Shown here: positions 25,680 to 35,432 of the stretch, in pieces
How the letters are laid out: each line of letters starts with the position of its first letter
Numbering within the stretch: the stretch's first letter is position 1
Origin: Arenicellales bacterium
Lineage (GTDB): Bacteria; Pseudomonadota; Gammaproteobacteria; Arenicellales; JAJDZL01
NCBI GenBank assembly: GCA_965220725.1
Contig: OZ244840.1
Location: 1,268,180-1,332,179 of the forward strand
Direction: 5' to 3'
DNA: 64,000 nucleotides
Made by a program: the position numbers and the translations under genes
The notes under the pieces: generated by a model
What the model saw: the letters and a program-made list of their open reading frames with translations, nothing else
Told to the model about the DNA's origin: nothing
Database searches by the model: none

Positions 25680-27917
25680 TTGAATGAAATTGTAGTGCAA
25701 GATTCTGAACAGGGAGTCGGTGGTTTTGTCTGTGTCGCAATTCCGACTAAATTTCAAGATACATTTGACTATCGGTGTGACTCGCTTGAATCCGCCCCCG
25801 TCGGTAGTCGCGTCGTCGTTCCATTTGGCAAGGGCAATCGTCTGGGTGTCATCGTTGAGCACTCGCTCGAGTCGCAGGTGGACCCGGACAAAATTCGATC
25901 GATTCATTCCGTCACCGACCCTGACCCCGTGGTCGACTCAAGTCTTTTGCGCACGTTGCGATGGACTTCACAGTATTATCACCAGCCAATTGGCGAGGTA
26001 CTGTGGACGGCGCTACCCAAAGCCATAAGAATCGGCAGTGAAATGCAGCCGCGACTGGAATTGGGCTATCGGCTGAGTGAGGCCGGTTCGGCAACGGATC
26101 CGAAATCGCTCGCGCGGGCAAAGATGCAGTTGGCAATCTTCGAGCTGCTCAAGTCCGCTGATCGACCGCTGTCCAGAGAGGAGATCAGTGCTGTCAGCGG
26201 GGGTTGGCAGAATGCGCTTCGACAACTCATCAGCAAACAGCTGGTGGTCGCCGAACCACTTGTTGAGGGCAACGGATTGAGCACACCTAAGCTGATCGAA
26301 AATCTGACTGAGCCCCAGGTCAACGCCTGTGACCGGATCACCGCGGCACTCGACCGCTTCAAGTGCTTTCTGATTCATGGCGTCACCGGCAGTGGCAAGA
26401 CCGAAGTTTATCTGCAGGTCATCTACAAGGTGCTGCAAGACGGTGGACAGGCCCTGATCCTGGTACCCGAAATCGGCTTGACGCCACAGTTGGAGGAGCG
26501 CGTCAGCCGGGCGCTCGGTGTCACGGTTTCCTGCTTCCATTCCGGAATGACGGATCCCCAGCGACATAAGACGTGGTGGAACGCACGCACAGGAAACGCG
26601 CGCGTCGTGATCGGTACCCGGTCGGCTGTCTTTCTTCCGTTCAGGAAGCTGGCCATGATTGTGATCGATGAGGAGCATGACGCGTCCTTCAAGCAGAATG
26701 AAAGCGTGCGTTACCATGCCCGCGCAGTTGCGATTCACCGGGCAGCCAACAGCAACATTCCATTGATCTTCGGCACCGCCACGCCATCAATCGAGACAAT
26801 CCATGCTGGAGCAACCGGCCGACTTGAAACGATCAGCCTGCCCGAACGCGCCACGAAAATCCAGATGCCTTCCATCAGGCTGGTTGATCTTGGACGGACT
26901 TTCGTCCGAAACGGTATCGCGGTGGAAATCTTCAGCGAGATCGAGAAGCGGATCCGGCGCGGTGAGCAGAGCCTGATTTTCCTCAATCGCCGGGGCTTTG
27001 CACCGGTCAGTATCTGCATGGACTGCAAGTGGGTGGCCAAGTGCAACAACTGCGACGTCAACCTGAATTTCCATGCGTCCGACCAGCTGCTTCACTGCCA
27101 TCACTGTTTTGCCAGATATCCGATTCCGCAGAACTGCCCGGACTGCATGTCGGACCGAATCAGTCAACTGGGCGAGGGAACACAGCAGATCGAGCGGGTG
27201 CTCAAGCATGAGCTGGCCGGCGCCCGTGTGATGAGGATTGATCGGGACACCACCAAATCCTATGCTGAATTCCAAAGAAAATTCGAACGGATCCGCAACG
27301 GCGAGGTGGACGTACTGGTTGGTACTCAGATGGTATCCAAGGGGCACGACTTCCCCAATGTCACCCTGGTCTGCATCCTCAATACCGATCAGAGCTTTTT
27401 CAGCATGGATTTTCGGGCAACCGAGCACATGGTTCAGCAGATCTTGCAGGTTGCGGGACGCTCCGGCCGCTTCGAGAAACCAGGCGTTGTGCTCATACAG
27501 ACCATGTTTCCAGAGCACGAGGTATTCACCTATCTCAAGCGCCACGATTATCTTCAGTTCACCGAGACCGAAATCAGGCAGAGAAAACTGGCCCGGCAAC
27601 CGCCATTTGCCCACTACGTGCTGTTGCGGACAAGTTCCCCTAAAATGGGACACGAATTCAGGTTTCTGAACGCCGCACATGCCGACGCGATGCAAATGGT
27701 TCGAGGTCATTCATGGTCGGGCATACGGGTATTTGATATAGTACAGTCTCCGATACAGAAGATTTCCAACCGCTACCGCGCACAGCTCCTCGTTTCCGGA
27801 GAGACCCCGAAACTGTTGAGGCAGTTTGTCGCAATGTGGATGCCGAAACTGGAGAAAATCTCCAAGAAGGGTCAGGTGCGTTGGAGTCTGGATGTTGATC
27901 CCATCGACTTTTCGTAA
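25680..27917 (+). CDS. priA: Primosomal replication protein N' (PriA helicase)
   Basis: GVTGSGKTEVY, VIDEEHD, Cys-rich zinc insertion C..C.....C..C......L.CH.C, GTQMVSKGHDFPNVTLV. Confidence 0.93.
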   Translation: MNEIVVQDSEQGVGGFVCVAIPTKFQDTFDYRCDSLESAPVGSRVVVPFGKGNRLGVIVEHSLESQVDPDKIRSIHSVTDPDPVVDSSLLRTLRWTSQYYHQPIGEVLWTALPKAIRIGSEMQPRLELGYRLSEAGSATDPKSLARAKMQLAIFELLKSADRPLSREEISAVSGGWQNALRQLISKQLVVAEPLVEGNGLSTPKLIENLTEPQVNACDRITAALDRFKCFLIHGVTGSGKTEVYLQVIYKVLQDGGQALILVPEIGLTPQLEERVSRALGVTVSCFHSGMTDPQRHKTWWNARTGNARVVIGTRSAVFLPFRKLAMIVIDEEHDASFKQNESVRYHARAVAIHRAANSNIPLIFGTATPSIETIHAGATGRLETISLPERATKIQMPSIRLVDLGRTFVRNGIAVEIFSEIEKRIRRGEQSLIFLNRRGFAPVSICMDCKWVAKCNNCDVNLNFHASDQLLHCHHCFARYPIPQNCPDCMSDRISQLGEGTQQIERVLKHELAGARVMRIDRDTTKSYAEFQRKFERIRNGEVDVLVGTQMVSKGHDFPNVTLVCILNTDQSFFSMDFRATEHMVQQILQVAGRSGRFEKPGVVLIQTMFPEHEVFTYLKRHDYLQFTETEIRQRKLARQPPFAHYVLLRTSSPKMGHEFRFLNAAHADAMQMVRGHSWSGIRVFDIVQSPIQKISNRYRAQLLVSGETPKLLRQFVAMWMPKLEKISKKGQVRWSLDVDPIDFS

Positions 27918-27930
27918 TTGATCTGGCCAT

Positions 27931-29664
27931 ATGAAAGCATTGATTGAGGACTTGCTCAGGCAGTCCATTGAGAAACTGGTCGCGGCCGGAGAGCTGCCGC
28001 CCGCCTCCGCACCGCAAGGCATACCCGTGGAGACTGCACGCCGTGCCGGACAGGGCGATTACGCAACAGGTGTTGCGTTGTCAATGGCGAAACCCAGCGG
28101 ACACCCACCGCGCGCGCTGGCCGAAATGATCGAGGCGAATCTGCCCGCAGCCAATCTTCTCGAGCGAACAGAAGTGGCCGGTCCCGGATTCATCAACTTC
28201 TACCTTGCCACAAGCGCGCTGACCAATCTGGTTGGCGAGATTCTCAAGCAGGGCGGCGACTATGGCAGGACACAGTCAGCTGCGTCCAGCAGAATACTGG
28301 TTGAATTCGTATCAGCCAATCCGAACGGCCCGTTGCATGTCGGTCATGGCCGCGGGGCGGCCTTCGGTGATTCGCTGGTGCGGCTGCTGAAGGCGGCCGG
28401 ACACCACGTGGACACCGAATACTACGTCAACGACATCGGGCGTCAGATGGAAATACTGACGGCGAGTATCTGGATTCGCTATCTGCAATTGTCAGGTGTG
28501 GACGCGGTACTGCCCGAAGGGGCGTATCAGGGCGACTACGTTGTAGAGAGTGCCAGGAATCTGCAGCAACAGAAAGGCGAAGCGCTCGTTTGTACCGATG
28601 CCGGACAGCTCCGCGACCATTTCGAAAACAATAACGATACAATCGGTGAACTGATCATCCGAACCAAAATCATCATTGGCCGGGATGCCTTTCAACGCAT
28701 ACGCAAGGCTGTATTGGCTGAAATGGTCGAATTGATCCGGACCGATCTCGAGCAGTTCGGTGTCACTCACGACCAGTGGTTCTACGAGAGTCAGGTGTCG
28801 GATAACGAGGAGGTCTGGCGCGTGATCGAGTTGCTGCGGAACCGCGGCTACCTCTACGAAGCCGACGGCGCAACTTGGTTTCGGTCGGAACAACTGGGTG
28901 ACGAGAAGGACCGGGTGCTGATCAGGGCATCGGGGCAACTGACCTACTTCGCATCGGATATTGCCTATCACCTGGACAAGCTCAGGCGCGACTACGATTA
29001 CATCATCAATGTCTGGGGAGCCGACCATCATGGCTACATCGCGCGGATGAATGCCGCGGTCCAGGCCGCCGGCGAAGATCCGGACCGGTTGCGGATCCTG
29101 CTGGTGCAGTTCGCAACGCTTTACCGCGATGGCACCAAGATTTCCATGTCGACGCGGGCCGGCGACTTTGTGTCCTTGAGCGAACTGATCGAGGAGACTG
29201 GCAAGGATGCGGCGCGATTTTTCTACATCCTGCGCAAGTCAGAGCAGCATCTTGACTTCGACCTCGAACTGGCCAAGCAGGAAAGCAGTGAGAATCCGGT
29301 CTATTATGTCCAATACGCCCATGCGAGAATCTGCAGCGTCTCCCGTCAGCTGCGCGAACGCGGCATCGAAAGAAAAGCGGGTGATCACAACCTGTTGACA
29401 CAGGACTCCGAGCTTGACCTGCTGAGGCGTTTGTCGAGATTTCCGGAGGTTATCCAAAGTGCGGCCAGCGACCATGCGCCGCACCAGATAGCCTATTACC
29501 TGCGTGATGTCGCAACCGACTTTCACTCGTTCTACAACAAGGAACGGATTTTGGACTGCGACGATGCCTTACGCGATGCCCGTCTCGACCTGATTGACTC
29601 GGTGCGGCAGGTACTGGCGAACGGTTTGGACATCATCGGTGTCTCTGCACCAGACAAGATGTAA
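27931..29664 (+). CDS. argS: Arginine--tRNA ligase
   Basis: SANPNGPLHVGHGRGAAFGD (HIGH region), KISMSTRAG (KMSK-like), C-terminal anticodon-binding DALR domain. Confidence 0.96.
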   Translation: MKALIEDLLRQSIEKLVAAGELPPASAPQGIPVETARRAGQGDYATGVALSMAKPSGHPPRALAEMIEANLPAANLLERTEVAGPGFINFYLATSALTNLVGEILKQGGDYGRTQSAASSRILVEFVSANPNGPLHVGHGRGAAFGDSLVRLLKAAGHHVDTEYYVNDIGRQMEILTASIWIRYLQLSGVDAVLPEGAYQGDYVVESARNLQQQKGEALVCTDAGQLRDHFENNNDTIGELIIRTKIIIGRDAFQRIRKAVLAEMVELIRTDLEQFGVTHDQWFYESQVSDNEEVWRVIELLRNRGYLYEADGATWFRSEQLGDEKDRVLIRASGQLTYFASDIAYHLDKLRRDYDYIINVWGADHHGYIARMNAAVQAAGEDPDRLRILLVQFATLYRDGTKISMSTRAGDFVSLSELIEETGKDAARFFYILRKSEQHLDFDLELAKQESSENPVYYVQYAHARICSVSRQLRERGIERKAGDHNLLTQDSELDLLRRLSRFPEVIQSAASDHAPHQIAYYLRDVATDFHSFYNKERILDCDDALRDARLDLIDSVRQVLANGLDIIGVSAPDKM

Positions 29665-29687
29665 GTTATTGAAAAAACAACTAATAG

Positions 29688-29716
29688 TTGACATCGCAAT
29701 ATGAATCATGTATAGT
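29688..29716 (+). promoter_or_regulatory. Near-consensus sigma-70 promoter upstream of the methyltransferase gene
   Basis: TTGACA (29688-29693), a 17-nt spacer, then TATAGT (29711-29716), 74 nt upstream of the ATG at 29790. Confidence 0.45.
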
Positions 29717-29789
29717 GTTTGCAACCACTTAAGCGATAACTACCGGTCAGTGTATAAGATGATTTTGCGAGTCTGGCAGCTGGTGTGAA

Positions 29790-30734
29790 TTGATGGCGCA
29801 AACCAAAATGCGGATGTTCGGCACGAAGGAGCGGGTCGGATACAACTCCGATGAGTTCTATCAGCGGAGAATTCACGCAAAAATGCCGCCCGCAGGTGAT
29901 TCTGCATCCAGTGAACAGTCCGTACCGGATTGTGTGCTGAACAGGATATTCGGGCACTCCAGTGAGACCATGCACGAGTTGCCCGATGACAGCGTGCATC
30001 TGATGGTCACCTCACCACCCTATAATGTGGGCAAGGATTACGACGATGATCTCACTCAGCAGGAATACATGGAACTGTTGACGAATGTCTGGCGGGAAAC
30101 TTACAGGGTGCTGGCTCCGGGTGGCAGGGCGTGCATCAATGTGGCGAATCTGGGCCGCAAACCCTACATTCCACTCAATGCCCTGATCACGGGAGAAATG
30201 CTCAAGCTTGGATTTTTGATGCGCGGTGAGATTATCTGGAACAAGGCAGCCAGTGCTGGTGCGTCCTGTGCCTGGGGCAGTTGGAAGAATCCGGCAAATC
30301 CGGTCTTGCGCGATGTTCACGAGTACATCATGGTTTTCTGCAAGCAGGAATTCTCAAGACGCAAGCCAACGGATGATTCCAAATCGCCGACGATTACCAA
30401 GGACGAATTCCTGGACTCGACCAAGAGTGTGTGGAACTTTCCAGCAGAGTCGGCGAGGCGTGTTGGCCATCCCGCACCGTTTCCGCTGGCGCTGCCCACC
30501 CGTCTCATCGAGCTGTATACGTACTCCAATGATGTTGTGCTTGATCCGTTCATGGGGTCTGGAACCACTGCAGTCGCTGCTGTTCGTTCCCGGCGACACT
30601 TTGTCGGTTACGAAATCTCAAACGAATATATCGAGGTGGCTGAGCGAAGAGTGCAAAGGGAGGTCAATGAGTCCTCAGTCCAGCCGCAGTTGTCCATGGC
30701 GTTCAGCAGTCCCGGACAGTCGGCGACGGCATGA
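29790..30734 (+). CDS. Solitary beta-class DNA methyltransferase (N6_N4_Mtase family, SPPY motif IV; likely N4-cytosine)
   Basis: Motif IV LMVTSPPYNVGKDY comes before motif I VLDPFMGSGTTAVAA (beta permutation). No adjacent endonuclease ORF. Confidence 0.85.
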   Translation: MMAQTKMRMFGTKERVGYNSDEFYQRRIHAKMPPAGDSASSEQSVPDCVLNRIFGHSSETMHELPDDSVHLMVTSPPYNVGKDYDDDLTQQEYMELLTNVWRETYRVLAPGGRACINVANLGRKPYIPLNALITGEMLKLGFLMRGEIIWNKAASAGASCAWGSWKNPANPVLRDVHEYIMVFCKQEFSRRKPTDDSKSPTITKDEFLDSTKSVWNFPAESARRVGHPAPFPLALPTRLIELYTYSNDVVLDPFMGSGTTAVAAVRSRRHFVGYEISNEYIEVAERRVQREVNESSVQPQLSMAFSSPGQSATA

Positions 30735-30776
30735 ATCGGATTCAACCAAGGCATCAGGAAACAAGGGCTTGAAAAC

Positions 30777-31403
30777 ATGGCACGTTCACGTAAGTCAAAA
30801 AAGTCGAGAGGATCTTCAGGATTCAGTCTGTTTATACTGGGGGTGTTGGTCGGTGCGATCGGTACGGCACTCACCTATGGTGTCCTCATAGATCGGCCCT
30901 CGGATATTGGATCCGGAATCGATAGTCTGATCGACGTGGCGAAAAACAGACAGAGCACGGCTGGAAATCAAGCTGAAACCAGCCGGTCAGAGTCTGAGTC
31001 GGAACCGAAAGTCCAGTTCAGTTATCATGAGTTTCTGCTGGAAGATGAGTTCCTGCTGCCGGCACGCAAGCTGCTGGAATCCACCGACGAGCCGGCGGCC
31101 GAGTCAAAACCCGAAGTGACGCAACAGGCTTCCGAGCCTGCGGCTCCAGTCCCGGCACCGGAGCCTTCGCGCTATGTGCTCCAGGTTGGGTCATTCAACA
31201 GTTTCCAGGAGGCGGATGCCGTAAAGGTTAATCTCGCCTTGCAGGGCCAGCAGGCCTTCATCCAGAAAGTCACTGTTGAGGGTCGGGGCGAGTTTTTCCG
31301 GGTTCGTGTCGGTCCGTTTGACACGTTGCAGACCGCAGAGGAGAGGAGTGCCTTTCTGACCGGAATCGGTTATCCCCCCTTGAGATTTCGAATCAAGGGT
31401 TGA
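30777..31403 (+). CDS. SPOR domain-containing (peptidoglycan-binding, FtsN/DedD-like) membrane protein
   Basis: N-terminal TM segment, a low-complexity linker, and a C-terminal SPOR fold (YVLQVGSF.....A......L...G..A.I........FRVRVGPF). Confidence 0.8.
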   Translation: MARSRKSKKSRGSSGFSLFILGVLVGAIGTALTYGVLIDRPSDIGSGIDSLIDVAKNRQSTAGNQAETSRSESESEPKVQFSYHEFLLEDEFLLPARKLLESTDEPAAESKPEVTQQASEPAAPVPAPEPSRYVLQVGSFNSFQEADAVKVNLALQGQQAFIQKVTVEGRGEFFRVRVGPFDTLQTAEERSAFLTGIGYPPLRFRIKG

Positions 31404-31420
31404 GGCGTTACAGCGCCTGG

Positions 31421-32476
31421 TCAGCTTCGCTCAATCAGCCAGCCTGAGACCTTGAGCGGAATGTCGCGGCCGGCCTTGCCGCTGACATAGATTCCGATGT
31501 GGCCGGTGTCGTAGACCAGTTCCGTATAGTCTCTCGAACCCGTGACATACTTCAGGGCCTGCGAGGCGGCCGGAGGCACCAGGTGGTCCTGCTTGGCGTA
31601 GATATTGAGCAGCGGTTGTGTGACCGACTTCATGGATACGGATTCCTGTCCGATGGAAAGCCCGCCGTTCACCAGTCGGTTCTCATGGAAAAACCGTTTA
31701 AGAAAATCGCGGAACATCTCACCGGCCTGATCCGGGCTGTCGAAAATCCACTTCTCCATCTTCATGAAGTTTTCCACCTTGTCCGGTTGATCGGCGATTT
31801 GGACGAAGTCCAGGTATTTCTCAACGCCCAGTTTGAACGGTTTCAAAGACAGGAATATGCTGTTCAGAAATGGTCCCGGAATGTTGCCCATGGTGTCCAC
31901 CAGCAGGTCGATGTCAATTTCCTTGAACCACTGCGCAAGCATGTTGTCCGGTGTGTGAAAATCGACTGGTGTGACCATGGTCACCAGGTTGTTCACCTTG
32001 TTCGGCTGCAGTGCTGCATAGCAAAGGCTCATGGTACCGCCCTGACAGACACCGAGAATGTTTGCTTTCTTGGCGCCGGAGTGTTGCAGCGTCGCGTTCA
32101 CGCAGCGGTCGATCAGCACATTCACATAGTGCTCAAGGTTCAGATAACGGTCGGCAAGTCCCGGATATCCCCAATCGATCAGATAGACGTCGATGCCCTC
32201 ATTGAGCAATCCCCTGACCAGGGAGCGCTGTTCGTGCAGATCGACGATATAGGGACGATTGACCAGGGCATAGATGATCAGTAAGGGATTGGCCTTCTTG
32301 ACCGGCGCGCGTAATGGACGATATCGGTACAGTCCGAGATTGTCAATCTTCAATACCAGGTCTTTCGGTGTTGTGCCGACTTCGATTTCACCCAGGTTCG
32401 CGATGACGCGGGCGCCTTCCGCGAGACGGGTTTGAAATTGCGTGGACTGTTCAAATATCTTTTCGAATTCCTGCAT
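31421..32476 (-). CDS. phaC: Class III poly(R)-hydroxyalkanoate synthase, PhaC subunit
   Basis: Long collinear identity with Allochromatium-type PhaC as recalled: LLI(V/I)YALVNRPY, YLIDWGYP, lipase box GVCQGG, NLVTMVTPVDF.TPDN, MEKWIFDSPDQAGE, HIGIYVSGKA. 351 aa. Confidence 0.93.
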   Translation of the reverse strand: MQEFEKIFEQSTQFQTRLAEGARVIANLGEIEVGTTPKDLVLKIDNLGLYRYRPLRAPVKKANPLLIIYALVNRPYIVDLHEQRSLVRGLLNEGIDVYLIDWGYPGLADRYLNLEHYVNVLIDRCVNATLQHSGAKKANILGVCQGGTMSLCYAALQPNKVNNLVTMVTPVDFHTPDNMLAQWFKEIDIDLLVDTMGNIPGPFLNSIFLSLKPFKLGVEKYLDFVQIADQPDKVENFMKMEKWIFDSPDQAGEMFRDFLKRFFHENRLVNGGLSIGQESVSMKSVTQPLLNIYAKQDHLVPPAASQALKYVTGSRDYTELVYDTGHIGIYVSGKAGRDIPLKVSGWLIERS

Positions 32477-32482
32477 CTTGAA

Positions 32483-33343
32483 CTACTGCCTGGGTTTTCG
32501 GCTGCGTGTCTTTCCAGTAGCTGTCGTTTTTCGTGTTGTTCGCTTGGCCGGCGCCGGTCGGGCTTGCTTTGAGGGAGTCGCCAACTCCCTGACCTTCTCC
32601 TGAAGCGTGTCTATTTCGGTGCGCGCCTGCTTGAGAGCCTGATGCAAGCGGTCCAGTTCCGTTCGGGTGGGCTGGCCCTGCATGGTCTGAAACTGCTCCT
32701 GCATTTTGTTTGAGTGTTGGAGCAATCTCAAATAGGAATTGATCATCCGACCATATTTGCCGGCATACTCCGGCTGTGAGGCGACCTGCTGAAACTCATT
32801 GTCGCAACAGTCGATCCAGTCGCGCACAACGGCTTCAAACTCCACAGCCTCCTCGATTCCCGATACCGACTGCATGAATCTTTCAATCGCATTGCGCACG
32901 AACGACTGGAAAATGTCCATGAAGGCGCATGTTGCCGAGTCATACTCCTGGTTCAATTGCACCCATTTGCTCCAGTCTTCCTGAAATTCCCGACCGATAC
33001 CCAGTGCCGGTGGCTGACCGGTTTGGAGATTCCAGTTCTGGAATGCCTTGCCGGAGTCGAAGAACTGCCCCCACGGATTGTTGACCTGTCCCAATGCTGG
33101 AGCTTGGGGAAAAGTCTGCAGGACGGGATTGAAGGAGAACTGCCGGACCATCTGTTCGAGCTGTTGCGGGTTGATGGTGCTCGGTGTCTGCCCCTGCATG
33201 GATTCACAAATCGACCGGAACGCGTTGCCGAGCTCGTACATCTGGGCATAGACCGGTTGCATGGATGGCGCAGTTGCAGGCGGCGCAGCACTCCACATGG
33301 AGAGAGGATCGGTTGGACTTAAATTTGCCCAGGGATTGAACAT
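32483..33343 (-). CDS. phaE: Class III PHA synthase, PhaE subunit
   Basis: Directly upstream of phaC in the same operon. Collinear with recalled PhaE features: LGIGREFQE, PTRTELDRLHQALKQAR coiled coil, Lys/Arg/Thr-rich tail. Confidence 0.8.
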   Translation of the reverse strand: MFNPWANLSPTDPLSMWSAAPPATAPSMQPVYAQMYELGNAFRSICESMQGQTPSTINPQQLEQMVRQFSFNPVLQTFPQAPALGQVNNPWGQFFDSGKAFQNWNLQTGQPPALGIGREFQEDWSKWVQLNQEYDSATCAFMDIFQSFVRNAIERFMQSVSGIEEAVEFEAVVRDWIDCCDNEFQQVASQPEYAGKYGRMINSYLRLLQHSNKMQEQFQTMQGQPTRTELDRLHQALKQARTEIDTLQEKVRELATPSKQARPAPAKRTTRKTTATGKTRSRKPRQ

Positions 33344-33686
33344 GGATAAAGGGTTCCCGAGATCAATTCGCTATACGCTGACTTCCTACAAGACCGGACA
33401 TGAAATCACCAAGGCTGGCTCCAAGCTGAAGTCTATTGTGATCGACATATCTGATGCCACATTTGCATTTCTTCGACGATGAGTGATTAAAACTATATCA
33501 CACGCGCTGTGTTATCAGATTGGCAAAGGCTCGGCGAGAGGTGCCTACATTCGAAGTGGCTTGTCCACAGTCCCACATTTTTTGTGTGATGTGCAGCCTT
33601 CGAGTTTGGTTGGATGAATCAGTCAATTTTTCTTCGGCTGTACAATATGCGGCGAACCCTTATGGTGTAACAGGCAAACAGGTTGG

Positions 33687-34163
33687 TTGAAGATGACAGT
33701 AGCTGAAGGACAACACGCACCGGAATTCACATTGACTGCTACAGACGGACGCGAGGTGTCGCTGTCCGACTTTCGCGGCAGGAATGTGGTTGTGTATTTC
33801 TACCCTCGGGACGATACGCCCGGTTGTACGAAAGAGGCTTGTGGATTCAGGGACCTGATCAAGGAGATTCAGGATACAGGAACCGAAGTCATCGGAATCT
33901 CACCAGATGGCCCGGAGTCACACGCGAAGTTTGTCGAGAAGTATCAGCTGCCCTTTCTGTTGCTGTGCGACCCAGACCGAGAGGTCATGAGCGACTATGG
34001 CGCCTACGGTGAGAAGATGATGTACGGCAAGAAAACCGTGGGTGTGATTCGCTCAACCGTCATCATTGATCGGGATGGGAAGATTCTGCGGCATTGGAAG
34101 AAGGTTCCCAAGGCAGCTGACCATCCTTCCAAGGTGCTGGATGTGTTGAAGTCGGTCAATTGA
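33687..34163 (+). CDS. bcp: Thioredoxin-dependent peroxiredoxin Bcp
   Basis: VVYFYPRDDTPGCTKEAC active site. About 156 aa. An ATG at 33693 is an alternative start. Confidence 0.9.
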   Translation: MKMTVAEGQHAPEFTLTATDGREVSLSDFRGRNVVVYFYPRDDTPGCTKEACGFRDLIKEIQDTGTEVIGISPDGPESHAKFVEKYQLPFLLLCDPDREVMSDYGAYGEKMMYGKKTVGVIRSTVIIDRDGKILRHWKKVPKAADHPSKVLDVLKSVN

Positions 34164-34171
34164 CTACAAAA
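34161..34171. repeat. 11-bp direct repeat TGACTACAAAA, left copy (overlaps the bcp stop codon)
   Basis: An identical 11-mer recurs at 35045-35055. The pair brackets exactly one gene, the methyltransferase. Confidence 0.55.
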
Positions 34172-34209
34172 CTTCTTCGATTGTCATTCATCTTGAACAG
34201 ACAGTCCGA

Positions 34210-34995
34210 CTAGGCGACACTGTGAAGGGATTCCAGCCTGCTCCTGGCAATCGCAATATATTCGGCCGAGATATCCACACCGATAAACTTTCGATCATTC
34301 AATAAGGCCATCTTGCAAGTGGTACCGGAGCCGCACATGGGATCGAAAACCAGGTCCCCGGGGTTGCTCCACGAAAGAATGTGATCTTCGGCTAGTTTTT
34401 CTGGAAAGACTGCCGGATGCTGGAATGCAATCCTATCCGAAGTTGTCCCATGCAGACCGACAGCATATTGCCAAATGTTTGTTCGGGTCTTCTCTTTCTT
34501 CAGTTCTCCCAATCTCTTTTTGTTGATTCCGTCTGCGAGCTTGTTGTGGGTCAGCTTCTCAAAGCCACTTCGAACAGTTTTCTGTTTGAGCGGATTGAAA
34601 CGATTCGGAGTTCCTCTCGTGAGAACAAACATGAACTCGTAGCAATTTGTATAGGCGTTGCTCCGCATGAATGGCGTGTTTTTCTTCTGATAGATCATCA
34701 CATCGTGAGCCTTGAATCCAAGTTCCTGAAAGAAAACTCCCTGTCTGAAACTCGTCAGACTCTTCCCGCCATCGATCTTGTCTCCCACGACCCAGACTAC
34801 AACGCCTCCTTTCTTTGTCACCCGAAATAACTCCGATGCAATTTGTTCAAACGGGAAGGAATAGCCCTGGTAGTCTCGCAAGTCATCATAGGGTGGTGAG
34901 GTAATGGTCAGATCGACAGATTGATCTTGCAACTGACGCATAAAATCAACGCAATCAGCAACATAAAATTGATTGAATTTAACTTTGCCTTCCAT
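34210..34995 (-). CDS. Solitary beta-class DNA methyltransferase (SPPY motif IV; likely N4-cytosine)
   Basis: LTITSPPYDDLRDY (motif IV) comes before LVFDPMCGSGTTCKMA (motif I). Visibly more AT-rich than its neighbours. No endonuclease ORF adjacent. Confidence 0.85.
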   Translation of the reverse strand: MEGKVKFNQFYVADCVDFMRQLQDQSVDLTITSPPYDDLRDYQGYSFPFEQIASELFRVTKKGGVVVWVVGDKIDGGKSLTSFRQGVFFQELGFKAHDVMIYQKKNTPFMRSNAYTNCYEFMFVLTRGTPNRFNPLKQKTVRSGFEKLTHNKLADGINKKRLGELKKEKTRTNIWQYAVGLHGTTSDRIAFQHPAVFPEKLAEDHILSWSNPGDLVFDPMCGSGTTCKMALLNDRKFIGVDISAEYIAIARSRLESLHSVA

Positions 34996-35044
34996 GAGTC
35001 GCTTATGTATTCGGTGCGAAACTCAGTCGCCCCACCAGATTACA

Positions 35045-35055
35045 TGACTACAAAA
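35045..35055. repeat. 11-bp direct repeat TGACTACAAAA, right copy
   Basis: See the left copy at 34161-34171. Confidence 0.55.
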
Positions 35056-35432
35056 TCCAACTTCAGGTGATTGGCTGAATTGTACCATCTATGGAGGTGC
35101 CATGATTTGCCACACTGTTTTCAGAACGAGTGTCGCAATTGATGCCCAAGTGGACTTTCAAGTGTAACCTGCAGCACTGAGCAATTCGTACGCCAACAGT
35201 TCTTTGCTTGGTCAGTAAGTTAAGTTGCGGAGATTGACAGCAGTCCGCCAGGATTCTGAGATGGATTCACTCAGCGTGTTGTCTGACCAACGCCCCCTGT
35301 GATGGACGACTCTGAAGACAATGACTCGAAATGCAATTCAGATTCGCAGGTTGAAGCGTTGAACTCATTCTGCCCGGGTATCGTTAGTGATAAAATGGCG
35401 TCTTTAACCATATTCCTATAGGACATAGTGAA

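Noticed and set aside
29665-30776. Short direct repeats flanking the first methyltransferase (atgaatc at 29701 and 30732; ttgaaaa-aca at 29668 and 30765)
   Set aside because: These are only 7-bp or interrupted matches, well within chance expectation. Unlike the 11-bp repeat around the second methyltransferase, they do not support an insertion footprint.
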